Source: Octopus vulgaris (taxonomy: Eukaryota). From it: a DNA stretch of 64,000 nt. The translations under genes were made by a program, and so were the position numbers. The notes under the pieces were generated by a model. That model did no database searches, was not told the DNA's origin, and saw only the letters and a list, made by a program, of their open reading frames with translations. Shown here in pieces: positions 26,865 through 40,075 of this stretch. Position 1 is the first letter of the stretch. Each line of letters begins with the position of its first letter. The stretch spans positions 35,712,001 to 35,776,000 of the forward strand of contig OX597816.1 in assembly GCA_951406725.2 (NCBI GenBank). The letters are read 5' to 3'.

Positions 26865-27538
26865 TTGAAATTTATTGTAAACAAAGGACGAAGACAGGTG
26901 TATGAATAACAAGCAGATGTATTAGTTTCACGCTCGGGAAAATGAATATCTTTTACATTTCGAGCCTACGCTCTTCAACAGAAAGGAATAAGAGAAAGTA
27001 AAGTCAGTGAGAATGAAAAAAAAATGTGGATTTAGCGACCAAGCATGGCGAATCATTAGAAAAATGTTTGAAAGAAAGGGAGATAATAAAGTGCTGGTGA
27101 TCCGGAACGAAGATGCTCGTGCGTGTTTAAGTATGTGATAATGGTGTGTGTGAACGTCTGTGTGAATAGGGGCAAGTGACTCTGTTGTGCGTGAGTGTGT
27201 GCATTGCTAACTTTTGGCTCCTAATAGAATGGTGTGTGGTGACCCTATCGAAGATTGTGAGTGGGTGAGTAGATGATTGCGTGTGGTTTGTGTGATGCGG
27301 AGTTGTGAGTGCTAGTGTGTGTGTGAGTGATGTGGGGTGGTGTTGTGGGGTGGGGTGAATGGGTGGGTAGGAATTGGGGGAAGTACGGTTAGAGAGCAGA
27401 GAGGGAGAGAGTAGGTGTTAGATGAAGACGGGAGGGGAATTAAGCCCATGTGTCGCAAAGGGCCGAAGAGAGAAGATTAATTCTAGTTCATGGCGAAGGC
27501 GGGAGTCAGGATGGCCTAGTCCGAACACAGAAAGATAA

Positions 27539-27540
<2 letters not shown>
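26865..27540 (-). mobile_element. 5'-truncated Neptune-type PLE (endonuclease tip plus pLTR)
   Basis: 27418-27540 encodes 'SRLRHELELIFSLRPFATHGLN', a GIY-YIG C-terminal R..E..LIF.L....GLN motif. A C/A-rich UTR follows, then a pLTR homologous to 32630-32825. The 5' end abuts (TA)n. Confidence 0.75.
26950..26985 (-). ncRNA. Minimal hammerhead motif (A6U variant)
   Basis: CTTT-CTGTTGA-A-GAGC-GTAG-GCTC-GAAAT-GTA-AAAG. Confidence 0.65.
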
Positions 27541-27573
<33 letters not shown>

Positions 27574-27680
27574 CATATACATACTTAGACATTTATATAA
27601 ATGTATACATATTAATACATATATATACATATATATTAAATTCTTATATATGTGCGTGTATGTGTGTGTGTCCTCGTGCG

Positions 27681-27717
<37 letters not shown>

Positions 27718-27957
27718 TTGCTTGTATACATGTATACATAAGTAATTTAAATTCCAAGGATATAACAAATTATTCCGTAAATTTCATTAGTTTTACACCT
27801 GCTTCTGCTATAATGTGCTGTGCATTTATATTTGAATTCTGGTGACGCCAGTGTATTGGTATTGCTATACCTAAGGGAAATCATAAAATACACACGCGCA
27901 CAAGCGCACATACATACACACACGCAAAAGAAGCAAAGACACAACCATATATATACG

Positions 27958-28003
<46 letters not shown>

Positions 28004-28034
28004 TAGAGAGGGGGAGTGAGTGAGAGTAAGAAAG

Positions 28035-28253
28035 AGACGTAGCCGTAGTAGTGTGATGTGAACCTTGCTTCCCAACCACAGGGTTTTAGATTCAATCCCA
28101 AGGCGTGGCACCTTGAGCAACTGGGCCGACCAAAGCTTGTGAGTGGATTTGGTAGACGGAAACTGAAAGAATAAATCCTTGGGTCGATTTGTTCGATTAA
28201 AGGCCGTGCTCCAGCACGGTCACCGTCAAATGACTGAAACAAATAAAAGAATA
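28035..28253 (+). mobile_element. CORE-type SINE, internally deleted
   Basis: GCGTGGCACCTTGAGCAA, GTGAGTGGATTTGGTAGACGGAAACTGAAAGA and the tail GTGCTCCAGCA..TGACTGAAACAAATAAAAGA. Confidence 0.8.
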
Positions 28254-29156
28254 TATATACACATTTATACATGTATGTACATGCATTCATTCGTATGCAT
28301 CATCATTTGGATTTTAGAGTTTGGAGTTTAGAGTTTATGTAGCTTTGGAGAGAGGCGGCATATTAACATGGAAACTATCCAGGTATTCAAGTAGTTGATT
28401 ATTATTCCATAGGCTGTGAGGCAAACAAACCATGTGTACATTATTTTTATTTACGTATACTTTATTTTCAGATGGACCGAAATATATTTTTAGTATTATA
28501 TGTATGAACAGAGAATAAATAAACACTTTATATTTCAAGCGATTTTCACTAATTTTATCTTTAGAGCTCTCTTAAGATTTTGCTCCGTTAAAAATCACTT
28601 TCTATAGAATGCCTTAAATTTGCTTCCAAAACCATGCACGTGCATGCGGGGGCGTTTGGAGAAATGCATTTCATAGTAAGTGATACGTTGATAGCTAGGA
28701 GCAACAAATATGAAAGTGACTTAGGAAAGTGAATATAGACAGGAAAATGTTTTTGTTTTCTTCAATTTTTAACCTTCAACAATCTCCAGAATCCAGAAAC
28801 CAACATACCACCAAATATTTCTTTAAATTACTTCAAAATATTTTAGAAAATAACCTCAGATATGACATATGCAATATAGAAAATCGGCTGTGCTTTATTT
28901 CAAGGAACTATGATTGTCTTGGCTGAAAGAAAGGCATTCCAATCCCTCATAGAATATCGACTATTCAGATAGATAATTTTAGCATTTTAATGAAAATGAA
29001 ATTGGTAACTTATTGTGCATTGATTGTTGTACGGCTGAAATTAGTTCATATAAAAAATACATAACATTAAAATCAAAGTCTAACATTCCTGTATGAATGT
29101 ACACTTAGATACATACATACACAGTCACAGACACACACAACTGCACGAATATATAC

Positions 29157-29215
<59 letters not shown>

Positions 29216-29523
29216 GTATGTATGTATATAAACATATATATATATATATGAGTATATATATGAATATACTTATATGCATATAAATCTACACACATTCACA
29301 TATACACACATACATACATACATGCATACAAACATATATCTGTGTGTTTCCGTATGTTGATACATGTATACACTGCTGAAGAAATACAGTTCTTCATTTA
29401 CAAATGTACCGTGATATTGGGTTCTTTAATCATGTATAGCTGAAAACAGTTCTTAAAAAAAAACATTATAATATCGAAATCAATCGTTAAAACTTTTTGT
29501 ACTTTAGTGTATTCGCATGTGTG

Positions 29524-29563
<40 letters not shown>

Positions 29564-29608
29564 TATATATATAATATATATATATATAATATATATATAT
29601 ATATATAA

Positions 29609-29726
<118 letters not shown>

Positions 29727-30362
29727 TATATATATATATATATGTTGTATGTACAGTCAGACGTACGACTACTGGTGTTTGAGTAAGAGCTCCATTTATG
29801 TTATCGATTTACACTTTAGTGAACCGATATTGACGATGCATAATATCGTTACTAGTTACGATACACAGAGCTTACGTAGTACAGATTAAGTTAAACACCG
29901 ACAGAAATATTTAGCTCTTGAGCATGTTTCATGATTGCATACAAGGAGCTCACCTTTAGATGTCCCAGTTGTATTTCAATGTGTAATAATTTTATTTCGT
30001 CACTTAGATAATATACATTTATTTGTAAGCTTTATATTTAAGCTGTTGAGTATTATCTTACACAACTTGCTTTTTCCTTCATTACAATTCTTGTTCACCA
30101 ATTTCTCCCTCTGCCTCTTTTTATCCTTTCTCTTTAGTACTTACTCGCTTTCTTACTACTTGTACTAAGAAAATTCTTCGCTTCCTGTCTAAATTAAAAT
30201 ATCTTATCACTGCAACAGTAAACAATATATTATGGCAGAAGATCCGATGTAGTCTCGCATCCAAATCAACTTTGAATATGCAATGCAGAGTTCCCAGGAA
30301 CTGCAACAGTGAAACGTGCACAGAACCAAATATTTACATTGATGTGTATACCTATTTCCAGC

Positions 30363-30464
<102 letters not shown>

Positions 30465-30472
30465 ATACATAC

Positions 30473-30508
<36 letters not shown>

Positions 30509-30587
30509 GGTTGTATGCATGTAGATGATATTTGTGTGTACTTACACTAAAGAGAATAGAATAGAATATACGAAAGAGTATATATAT

Positions 30588-30631
<44 letters not shown>

Positions 30632-30634
30632 ATC

Positions 30635-31065
30635 AATGTCTCTCACTCTCTCACTTGTACCATGGCACATTCATGCTGTTGACGAAACATGGCTTGTTCC
30701 TCCTTTTATTTCACTTTCTCTCAACGTCACCCAGGTCTCTCTCGCTCTCTACGTCCGTCCTCTTCTTCATCCAGTCGAGCATCTTCATTCTCTGCCTTCC
30801 TCTCACTCACCTTCCCGCCAGCTCAGTCACCACCATTTAACGTTCCATTCCGTCATCCTTTCTGAGAAAATGACCAACATCACTACTGTCTGTTTCTGAC
30901 AGTATCCATCAACTCTCTCTTCACTTGCACTTTTTTTCAACACTTCCACATTCGTCAACCCAAGAAATTCTGGGAAAATTTTCTGTGAAATCACATTTCT
31001 GCACCTTTGAATCTCTTCTCCATGATTCTGCTTACCATCCAGAACTCACACCCATACGTTACATC
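30635..31065 (-). mobile_element. Decayed 3' end of RTE-clade LINE
   Basis: 'YGCEFWMVSRIMEKRFKGAEM', 'ISWV', 'NVEVL', 'GHFLRK' and 'RGRQRMKMLDWMK'. Confidence 0.75.
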
Positions 31066-31531
31066 TTATAAACATATGTAAAAGTATACTTACATGAAAT
31101 CAAAGAAAATACCACATAGTTAATCAAATAATCAATTTTAATTTAAAACTGTATGTTCAATTCTTTGCGGCTTATCGATGCGTTTCATAATGATTTAACG
31201 AAAAGAACACGTCGAATAGTGCCGTTGCTTTGACATAAAATAACTTGGGAACCCAAATTTCGACGAATAAGACGATGAATTTGTTGAATTCCAAAGTGAA
31301 GAATGCCTAATGTAGAAGTATTCCGGTAAAATTAATTGGTGAGAAATGGTTTATAAATGTCAGTTTAGGAAAGGAAATCTTTCACACACATATACACGTC
31401 GCACGCGCACACACAGATATATATATATGAGGAATTTTGATGATCCCCTTCGTGGTGAATTCTAAAATATATATCAGAAATTAAAAAAGGAAAGCACACA
31501 AACTTTACATATTTTTAATATAATTTTTAAT

Positions 31532-31566
31532 ATATCGACCTGTTTCGCTTTCGCTATTCATGATTT
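31532..31566 (-). ncRNA. Minimal hammerhead motif, A3-U8 variant core
   Basis: ATC-ATGAATA-GC-GAAA-GC-GAAAC-AG-GTC-GAT, inside a ~190-bp island (31428-31618) between TA arrays. Confidence 0.6.
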
Positions 31567-31616
31567 ACTTATTTGAATATGTATTTTCTTAAGAAATGTT
31601 TCTCAATGTTGCATAA

Positions 31617-31679
<63 letters not shown>

Positions 31680-31777
31680 AATGTATATAGTGTATATGTA
31701 TATATAAATATGTATAAACATATATTAATATATATGTATATATATATGCATATATATATGTATATATATACACATAT

Positions 31778-31837
<60 letters not shown>

Positions 31838-32629
31838 TATGTCCGTATGATTTTTTATTTTGTTTATATTAAGTTGAAAATAATTTATACGTGCTATATA
31901 TATGAAGCCACGACTATCTGGGGATGTATCAATTTTATTTTGTGTCTACGTATCAGACCCGTATTGAATGTTCGAAAAAATAAATTTCTCAAATTATTTT
32001 CTTCCTTTCCATTTTACCTAACTGAACCAATTCGACATCTACGTGCTATGTTTTCAACTTTAATAGTATCGCATAATTTTATTTTTTACATACTCGAAGT
32101 CTTCTAATATTCACGTGTTTGCACATCTCCAGATTATCATAGCCTGTTTAGGTATTATCTATTTTATATTGCACCTAGAGACCATACTACTGATAAATAT
32201 ACGAAGAACTACAAGATACATGTGCATCAAGCCGTGCTCAGTTTTAAATTTTGTAGTAATGATGTGTATTATATGAAATGGGAGCACACCATATAAACAC
32301 AAGGTCGCATTATCAAAACTTCATAAAACCTGACACAAAATGGTTACGCAAAACTTAAATCTCATATTAGTGATATATTACAAAAACAATAAAATTAAAT
32401 CTCCTTATTAACAAATCGTCTGGTACATATAAACTCCATAACAAGCTAAGTATGATCAGTTGAATTAATAAATGTGACTCTAATAGTGAACGTTGCAAAT
32501 AGCGATTCAATCTTTTACACTGGTATGCAAAGTACAATGTGTCATCTAGGGTTAGCATGCGTTTAAAACAGAGAGCAATTTCAACGCATGTGACCTTACA
32601 GCATGAAACAAGTCTATATGGGAATATCG

Positions 32630-32825
32630 ACGCCATGATAGATCGTTAGCCACTACACACATTTTTACTCTCCTTTTTTTCTCTCCTTGTTTTCTGTGTC
32701 CCTTTCTGTAGACGAGCATAGGCTCGAAACGTAAAAGACTGTTTCTATTCCCGGGCGTTATACTAATACATCTGTTTGTGTTGTACATCACCTGTCTTCG
32801 CCTTTTGTTGTTTTGTTTTCGTAAA
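32630..32825 (+). mobile_element. Solo PLE pLTR with hammerhead motif at 32702-32737
   Basis: Homologous to the reverse complement of 26875-27050; CTTT-CTGTAGA-C-GAGC-ATAG-GCTC-GAAAC-GTA-AAAG. Confidence 0.7.
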
Positions 32826-33430
32826 CTCTCCCTATTTATGGGAATATATATGAGGACCCTCATTCAAATACGGAGTTCAATACAAAGAGTGAACAAAAAA
32901 AGTTTAAACGTAATACTAAAGCAGCATGCACTTCAAATCTCTAACGGTCAATTTCTGGTGGAAAATCTCTATGAATTTAGACTGCGTAATAAGGAAGTGC
33001 TCTACAGGAATCAATACGACTGCATTTCCTCGAATGCGATGTATGTAGCCAAAATATGTAGAAAAATATCGAGTAAATTTATTGGTCCTAATGAAGTAGA
33101 AGAATCTGATACAGTGATAAGGATATAACTGAGAAATAAATCACTATATTAGAATAGTCTTAAGTTCCATGCACACCCACCCACAAAGGTCTATATCTGT
33201 GTGTATCAGTGCGTGTCTGTGTATGCATGCATACGAGGTAGTTATTAAATTAAGGCGGGAATAACAAGAAAGAAAAGGTGAAATGTTAATGTTAAATGTT
33301 CAATGTTAAATGTTAACTTTTTGAAGGTAAATCATTCTTGAGCGCATTTGCATGAAGAAGAGAAAATTATAGATGAAGAGACCAAACTATTCTTAATGAA
33401 CATATATGTTGTTGCGTGTGAAATCATTTA

Positions 33431-33500
<70 letters not shown>

Positions 33501-34100
33501 TATGTGTGTATTTATTCTTGAATATTAATAATATTCATTATTAATATATTAATGAATATTTTGGCCATTACTCTTTGTGAGAAGACAAATGAGCACCTGT
33601 GCACTAAGAAAAAATTCAAAATTATAACACCTCTCTAAGTGCAATATATACACACTTTATATCAGAACGGAGAATGTAATTCGGATTTCTAAGGGTATAA
33701 TTATATGAATGTGCGCGTGTGTAATTATCTGGATCCAACATCTACATTTGCTTAAATATATGTAAATATCCGGATAGTTATAGTTGATACCGTTGTAGAT
33801 GCACACTTTTAATTTTATATACCTGGAGTCAATATAGAACTGATAGTCTAATGAAGTCTATTAAGTGAGACACGCATGTACTCAGCTGCCTTGATCTTCC
33901 ACAGAGTTAACAACACAGCTCGATCTTTCTTTGCAATACGATAATCTAAATAAGTAATGAATTGTTAAGAGTATATCCAGCTGTCACTAACAGGTAGTTG
34001 AAATTCCTGCTGCGGTGTTGTTTAAGATTAATCGAAGCAAACATTATCTCAAAAAAAGGCCCCACTTATTTCCATGTGCGTATGTGTGAGTGTGTAACTA

Positions 34101-34168
<68 letters not shown>

Positions 34169-34217
34169 CATATATGCACATATATACAGATGTACATACA
34201 TAAATGTACGTTTCAAC

Positions 34218-34256
<39 letters not shown>

Positions 34257-34291
34257 AATAGATAGATACATGATACATAGCCAGATAGATG

Positions 34292-34348
<57 letters not shown>

Positions 34349-35345
34349 CATACACACATACATACAAACTTAGACCGATAGACACACACAGACGTCCCAA
34401 AATTAAATACATCTCTCATTTTACCGCTTTAGCAGTGCAGAAAATTACAGATTATTCAAACTTATTAATATATTATTATTTCAGATAACAGCATATGATT
34501 TATTCATTGAAACTAACCATGCAGCAAACACCAGAAGTGAAGGAGTTGTTTGGCTTTCAAAATGAATGCGTTGTGTGTCAGACTGTGTGTGGAAAAACCC
34601 AGCACAAGTTTTCATGAAAGTTTGGGATAACTTTTGTAACAGTCAGAAGAGTGATCACATAAGTCATCACCAAAGCAAATCTTTATTTTAAATCAACGGC
34701 ATTCTGCACCCTGAGACAGGTAACTTAATGCTATCAAGCAAGTTGCTGAAAATAATCCCGTTTTCAAGCCGCATTCAGATTAGTTGGAGTATTTCCACGA
34801 TGCAAGAAGAAACATCTTTCAAAAATTACCTGCATATTTACTTTTGAGATGCCTGTGTACATTTCATATGAACACAGGTATGTACGTGCATATGTAGGAG
34901 CTCGGAAACATGCACTAACATATATATATATATATATATATATATGTATAATAATAATATTAGGGAGTATTACTCCCTATCGTTTTACCTGAAATATTAG
35001 ATATTTAACATAATAAATGTGTTGTAGGAAATATGCCTGTTTTAAGTTCCAAATTTAGTTAATGGAGGTTTTTCTATAAGAAAAATTGTTATTTTATTTA
35101 TTCGTTTAAGCATCGTACTATATCGTCGTTTTTTGCTAACTTACGAGGACATAAACACAACACCGTTTGTCAAGCGTCTGTCCAGACAAACCCAAAGACG
35201 CACATACGCGCAAAGCACATACAATAATTCGAATAGAAATTTATGTATAACAATGAGAGAGCGGGAGAGAGAGGTGAAGAGAAACTTCATGATATGTGCT
35301 GTAGTGATATTGCTATAATTTACATGTCAATCTATTCAGAATATC

Positions 35346-35463
<118 letters not shown>

Positions 35464-36689
35464 GAGAGAGAGAGAGAGGAATAGATATAGATATATATGT
35501 ATTTGTGTGCGTATGTATGTGTGTATGTATATATAAAATATATACATACATTAATGCAACATTTGTCCCTTTGTCATTCATAGCTGTTAATGGTGTTAAA
35601 GCTATTTGTTGTGTATTTGGATGCATTTAATTGATCACAATTAGTTGTACATTGTATACTGTTAATTAAAGCAGTGCAATGTTTTCTGTAATTTCAACAC
35701 ACTTTATCTTTGTCGTCATTTTCTCGCAGTATATTGCATGTACCTTAGAGTCCCGCTTTTCAGCCATAATGATTCGTCACTACAGTATTTGTTGTGCCGT
35801 GCCTTTGTATTTAAAACGGCAGAAAATGATTTGAACTAGATTTCGCAGTTATTTTTCTCAGATGAAAAAAGTATTCCGATACGCCACCGTATAAAGATAC
35901 TTGCAAGCTTAATTTCCAATGGAAGAATATAAATCCATTACTAAAATCAAGTGCGAGAACTTACTGTCAAATTTATAATATTAGATTTTACACTGTATAT
36001 AAGTACATACTAAGATGTCAGTTAGACAACCCAAATTTTATATATGTAAATAGAATTCTATAATAAATGTTGGTTTGCTCTATAAATTGGTGAATGATAT
36101 TGATCTCATTGAAAAATTGGGTACATTTGTTTGAGCAACAAATATTGTGATATGCAAACTCAACATACCAGGTAACAGTTAATTTCCGTGTATTACTTAC
36201 GCACATTCCTCTGAAACTGGGTAATATATAGGACAAGGAGGCCTATCGTTCAACCTCCTCTACATTGGATACAAAAAATCCTTCTGTCAATGCTCAGAAA
36301 TCTGATTGAGTTACGCAATATATAAATGAATTTTTAAAGAATTCTAGTTAAGTTAGTAAAATAGTTTAACATGTGACAAATAGTATTGTGTAATTTTAAA
36401 TACCTACTTGTACCTGATTGTCTCGGAATGAAAGGAAAATTAATTCAAACGTTAAGAGGACACAAAATCTTGAAGACGTTTTTAAAATTTAGACATATTA
36501 TGAGAGATTAAAATTGATATGTATCTTCAAAAGTTATCACGGAAGCGATTGACCACCTCCTATATAAGACTACTCATTTGCTATGATGACATGTTTCAAA
36601 ACAATGTTTATTTATCTACATTCACACACTCATGCACACCCACGCGCGCCGGTTACCCACATAGATACGTAGATACATACATACATACA

Positions 36690-36742
<53 letters not shown>

Positions 36743-36755
36743 GTATGTATTTATA

Positions 36756-36799
<44 letters not shown>

Positions 36800-36930
36800 T
36801 GTATTTATATATACTTATAAATTAGTATATATATGCAAATATCTGTTTGTATTATATAAGTTTACACAGGCACGCATATGTAAACTTATGTTACTCTTAC
36901 TCTTTTACTCGTTTCAGTCATGCGGCTGTG

Positions 36931-37017
<87 letters not shown>

Positions 37018-37397
37018 TCAATGTAATATAAATGATGTTTATATATCATATATGTGCGCTTATGCATATATTCATGTCGGTTTTGTCTATGGAACCAATC
37101 CTGAAGTACCATGTGCCTTTATTCGAAGTCGTCTTTCTGAAAAAAAAATGTGTTCTAATAACGTTTTTAAACCCAAGTGGTACAAATAGTTTTATCCATA
37201 ATTAACTTAGCATCAGTAAACATTTTTTCTTTGTCTTAAATGTGAGATAATATGATGAAATTAAAATGGGAGTTAAATGTACAGTGTTTTAGGAATTGGG
37301 TCACCAAGATATTTATACACATTTATACACATTTTTGATATTTCCGTACACATTGTCAATAATCTTTATGCTCACAACCACTCAGATATGTTTTTTT

Positions 37398-38516
37398 TCA
37401 AACGTGTGTCGTAGCTGTTTTTTGAATTGTTAGCTTTGTTGCTATAGACAGGTTATTTTTTTGATCTGACAACCGCCTATATTCACTTTCATCAGGTTCC
37501 ATAGTAATACGTCGACCGCCTAAACGATGACAAAATATCGTTCGGAAATGCTCACGAAACACTTTGTTAAACAAACAGTAAAGTACAAAATTTAATGCAG
37601 CATTCACAGCTAAAAGTGTATCTGTGAATTCTCGAATACCTTTGACGAGTAGATTTTCGTCATAATAACCTAAGCCGAAGCATGCTGACATGATAGCGTC
37701 CGGTGTGATACAAACTACAAAAACAACAATAACCATTATTAGCATGAACGTGATTCTGTTTCTTGCTGAAAATCTTCGATTGGCTCGCGTTTTTCGAAGA
37801 GCGTTAATTATATAAGTATTAAGTACGATTAGCACCAAAAAGGGAATTACAGATCTTAGTAAATTTTGTATCCAATTGTAAGCTGTCTCGAAGTTCTCGT
37901 TCATCCATAATTCAGTTACGTGTATGTCATAAACGGTTTTGTTTTGATTGTAATCAAAACACGATACAGTTTTATATCTTATAGCTGACGGTATGGCAAG
38001 AATAGTCATGCATGTGTAAATAACAGCGCTGACAATAATTGCGATCCTTCGGGTACATAAGGTTTTAGCTTGTGCCGCATGACATACCATTAGATATCTC
38101 TCAGCTGCAACTGATACAATCAGCCACGACGAAACACAGGCTGCAAGGTTGAATATAAAATGAGCGTACGGATAAATATAGCCAAATGCTGTTTTGCCTA
38201 TTGTCGGATAGGATCGTGAAATAAGAAGAACTATAAAGTACATTAAATCATTCATCAATTTAATCATGTCTGAAATTGCCAACGCACTTAGGAATGCATT
38301 TGTCGAGGTTCGCATCGTTTTTTGTGTCAGTACAATTATTGTTAGTGCATTGCCAATTATTCCTGGAATGCAAAATATGGGATAAAGTATAAGACCAGTA
38401 ATAAATTGCGATTGCGTATAAAATTCACTGTATTCTCTCTCTTCGGCTTCTTCTGTGGCAGTAGCATTCTGCAATGCGATTTGTGTACAGTTTGGTAGAA
38501 TGGATTTGCTTGCCAT
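37398..38516 (-). CDS. Class A (rhodopsin-like) GPCR, FMRFamide/sex-peptide-receptor-like family; CDS without introns
   Basis: 372 aa with seven hydrophobic segments and motifs GN (TM1), TNAFLSALAISD (TM2), ERY (TM3), P (TM4), IP (TM5), CITP (TM6) and NFVLYC...FR (TM7/H8). N-terminal N-glycosylation sequons NCT and NAT. The ligand cannot be assigned from sequence. Confidence 0.93.
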   Translation of the reverse strand: MASKSILPNCTQIALQNATATEEAEEREYSEFYTQSQFITGLILYPIFCIPGIIGNALTIIVLTQKTMRTSTNAFLSALAISDMIKLMNDLMYFIVLLISRSYPTIGKTAFGYIYPYAHFIFNLAACVSSWLIVSVAAERYLMVCHAAQAKTLCTRRIAIIVSAVIYTCMTILAIPSAIRYKTVSCFDYNQNKTVYDIHVTELWMNENFETAYNWIQNLLRSVIPFLVLIVLNTYIINALRKTRANRRFSARNRITFMLIMVIVVFVVCITPDAIMSACFGLGYYDENLLVKGIREFTDTLLAVNAALNFVLYCLFNKVFREHFRTIFCHRLGGRRITMEPDESEYRRLSDQKNNLSIATKLTIQKTATTHV

Positions 38517-38739
38517 TTTTAATATTTCATATATATATATCTATGATTTCTGTATGTATACATATATACATATACATACATATATAGTCATATATATGTG
38601 TATATGTGCATATGTAGGTATATCTATATGTATATATATGAGTGTATGTGTGTGTGAGTGTGTGTGTTTGTGTCTGTGTCTGTTTGTATATTAACTTAAT
38701 ATTTTGGTGTTCTTATATAGCGGGATTACCATACATTCT

Positions 38740-38778
38740 GTGATTCCTGAAAAGAAAAAAAAAGTAGTCGTCAGTCAT
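38740..38778 (-). promoter_or_regulatory. Splice acceptor of the GPCR coding exon (exon begins 38746)
   Basis: Minus strand CTGAC (branch point)-GACTAC-T-rich tract-CTTTTCAG|GAATC, 230 nt upstream of the ATG. Confidence 0.7.
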
Positions 38779-38923
38779 ATTTCACATAAAATCATAAACT
38801 GGAGATAACACAACCATAAAAATATAAGATGCTGAGAAGAACACAATTTAGTTTGTAAAAATTGCAAGCGATAGAAAAACGAAAGCAACACACAGACACA
38901 TCCACGCACGTACGTGTGTGTGT

Positions 38924-38983
<60 letters not shown>

Positions 38984-39028
38984 TAAATTAAGAATTACAA
39001 GTATCACAAATAATGTGAAAATTATCGG

Positions 39029-39496
39029 TTGCACATATATAATATATGTGTTTTGTTAATTCGCCTAATTTGCGGCGTGATGACGCTAAGGGAAACTCTA
39101 TAAAACAATTGAAAGTCTTAGACCAAGCGAGACAACTCGACTTTCATCGAACCAAGGGTGCTGGGTACTGATGCTTCACTGTGAGTTATCAATATCGTGT
39201 ACTTGGATTGGACAGAAGACAAACTGAATGCTTAGTTTATGAATATATAGGAAGAGTGCAAAAATTATTTCGGGATGCGCTACGTCAATGCACATGGGTA
39301 AGTAGATTAAATTAGAGAATGAAGTTGCGCTAGTAATGTAAATATTATTAATTGCAAATACATAATATATGTGTTTTGTCTAATCACCAGATTTGCTGCG
39401 GGATATTGCTAAGGGAAACATTCTAATAGCGTTGGGTGCTAAAATACCTGCAAATCATAGACCAGGCAAGACCACTCGCCTCGGATCGAACCAAGT
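39029..39496. repeat. Diverged direct duplication (~125-145 nt, period ~325)
   Basis: ATAATATATGTGTTTTGT..ATTTGC.GCG.GAT...GCTAAGGGAAAC..TAGACCA.GC.AGAC.ACTCG..ATCGAACCAAG at 39029-39156 and 39352-39495. Confidence 0.8.
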
Positions 39497-40018
39497 TTTT
39501 ACATTATTTCTTTATATGCATAAACCAGGTATTTACTTCGTCTAAGGGTCGATCCAAGTACGTGGTCTTGATAAGCCTTAATACTGGCGAAATATTAGGA
39601 GTTTCCTTAATCACTGCCCCGTACAAATTCGCGCGAATATACAAAACACAGAGATTATGCATTTGCGGTTGTTACTGTTTACATTACTAGTGTCGCTTTT
39701 TAACTTGTAATATAACATATCTATCTCTCTCACACTCTCTCTCTCTATATATATAAGAGAGTTTCTCTGTGTGAATGTGCTGTGGGGGTGTGGGGATGTA
39801 TGTCGGGTCGCACAATTTTGAGGTCATTTTCGGGCAACATTTTAATTTGCTTTTATTGATTAATTTTCGCCAACGTTTCACGGATACGTAGGTTTCTACT
39901 CAGACAAATATTTATGAAGATGTACACGTAAATATTGTATTAGCATAAGCCACAACCAAATAAATTACGTTAAAAGACTTATATTCTTCTATACGTAATG
40001 ACGAAATAGAGTCTCTCA

Positions 40019-40075
<57 letters not shown>

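Noticed and set aside
31168-31272. Hammerhead-like GAAACGCATC with CTTAT(T)/GATAAG stem on the minus strand
   Set aside because: Core box and stem II do not fit.
34485-34725. Exon-like segment with AG and GT signals on the plus strand
   Set aside because: Stops in the frames I checked and no partner exons; a non-coding exon cannot be excluded.
34961-34979. 19-bp palindrome TAGGGAGTATTACTCCCTA
   Set aside because: Isolated; no associated element or motif identified.
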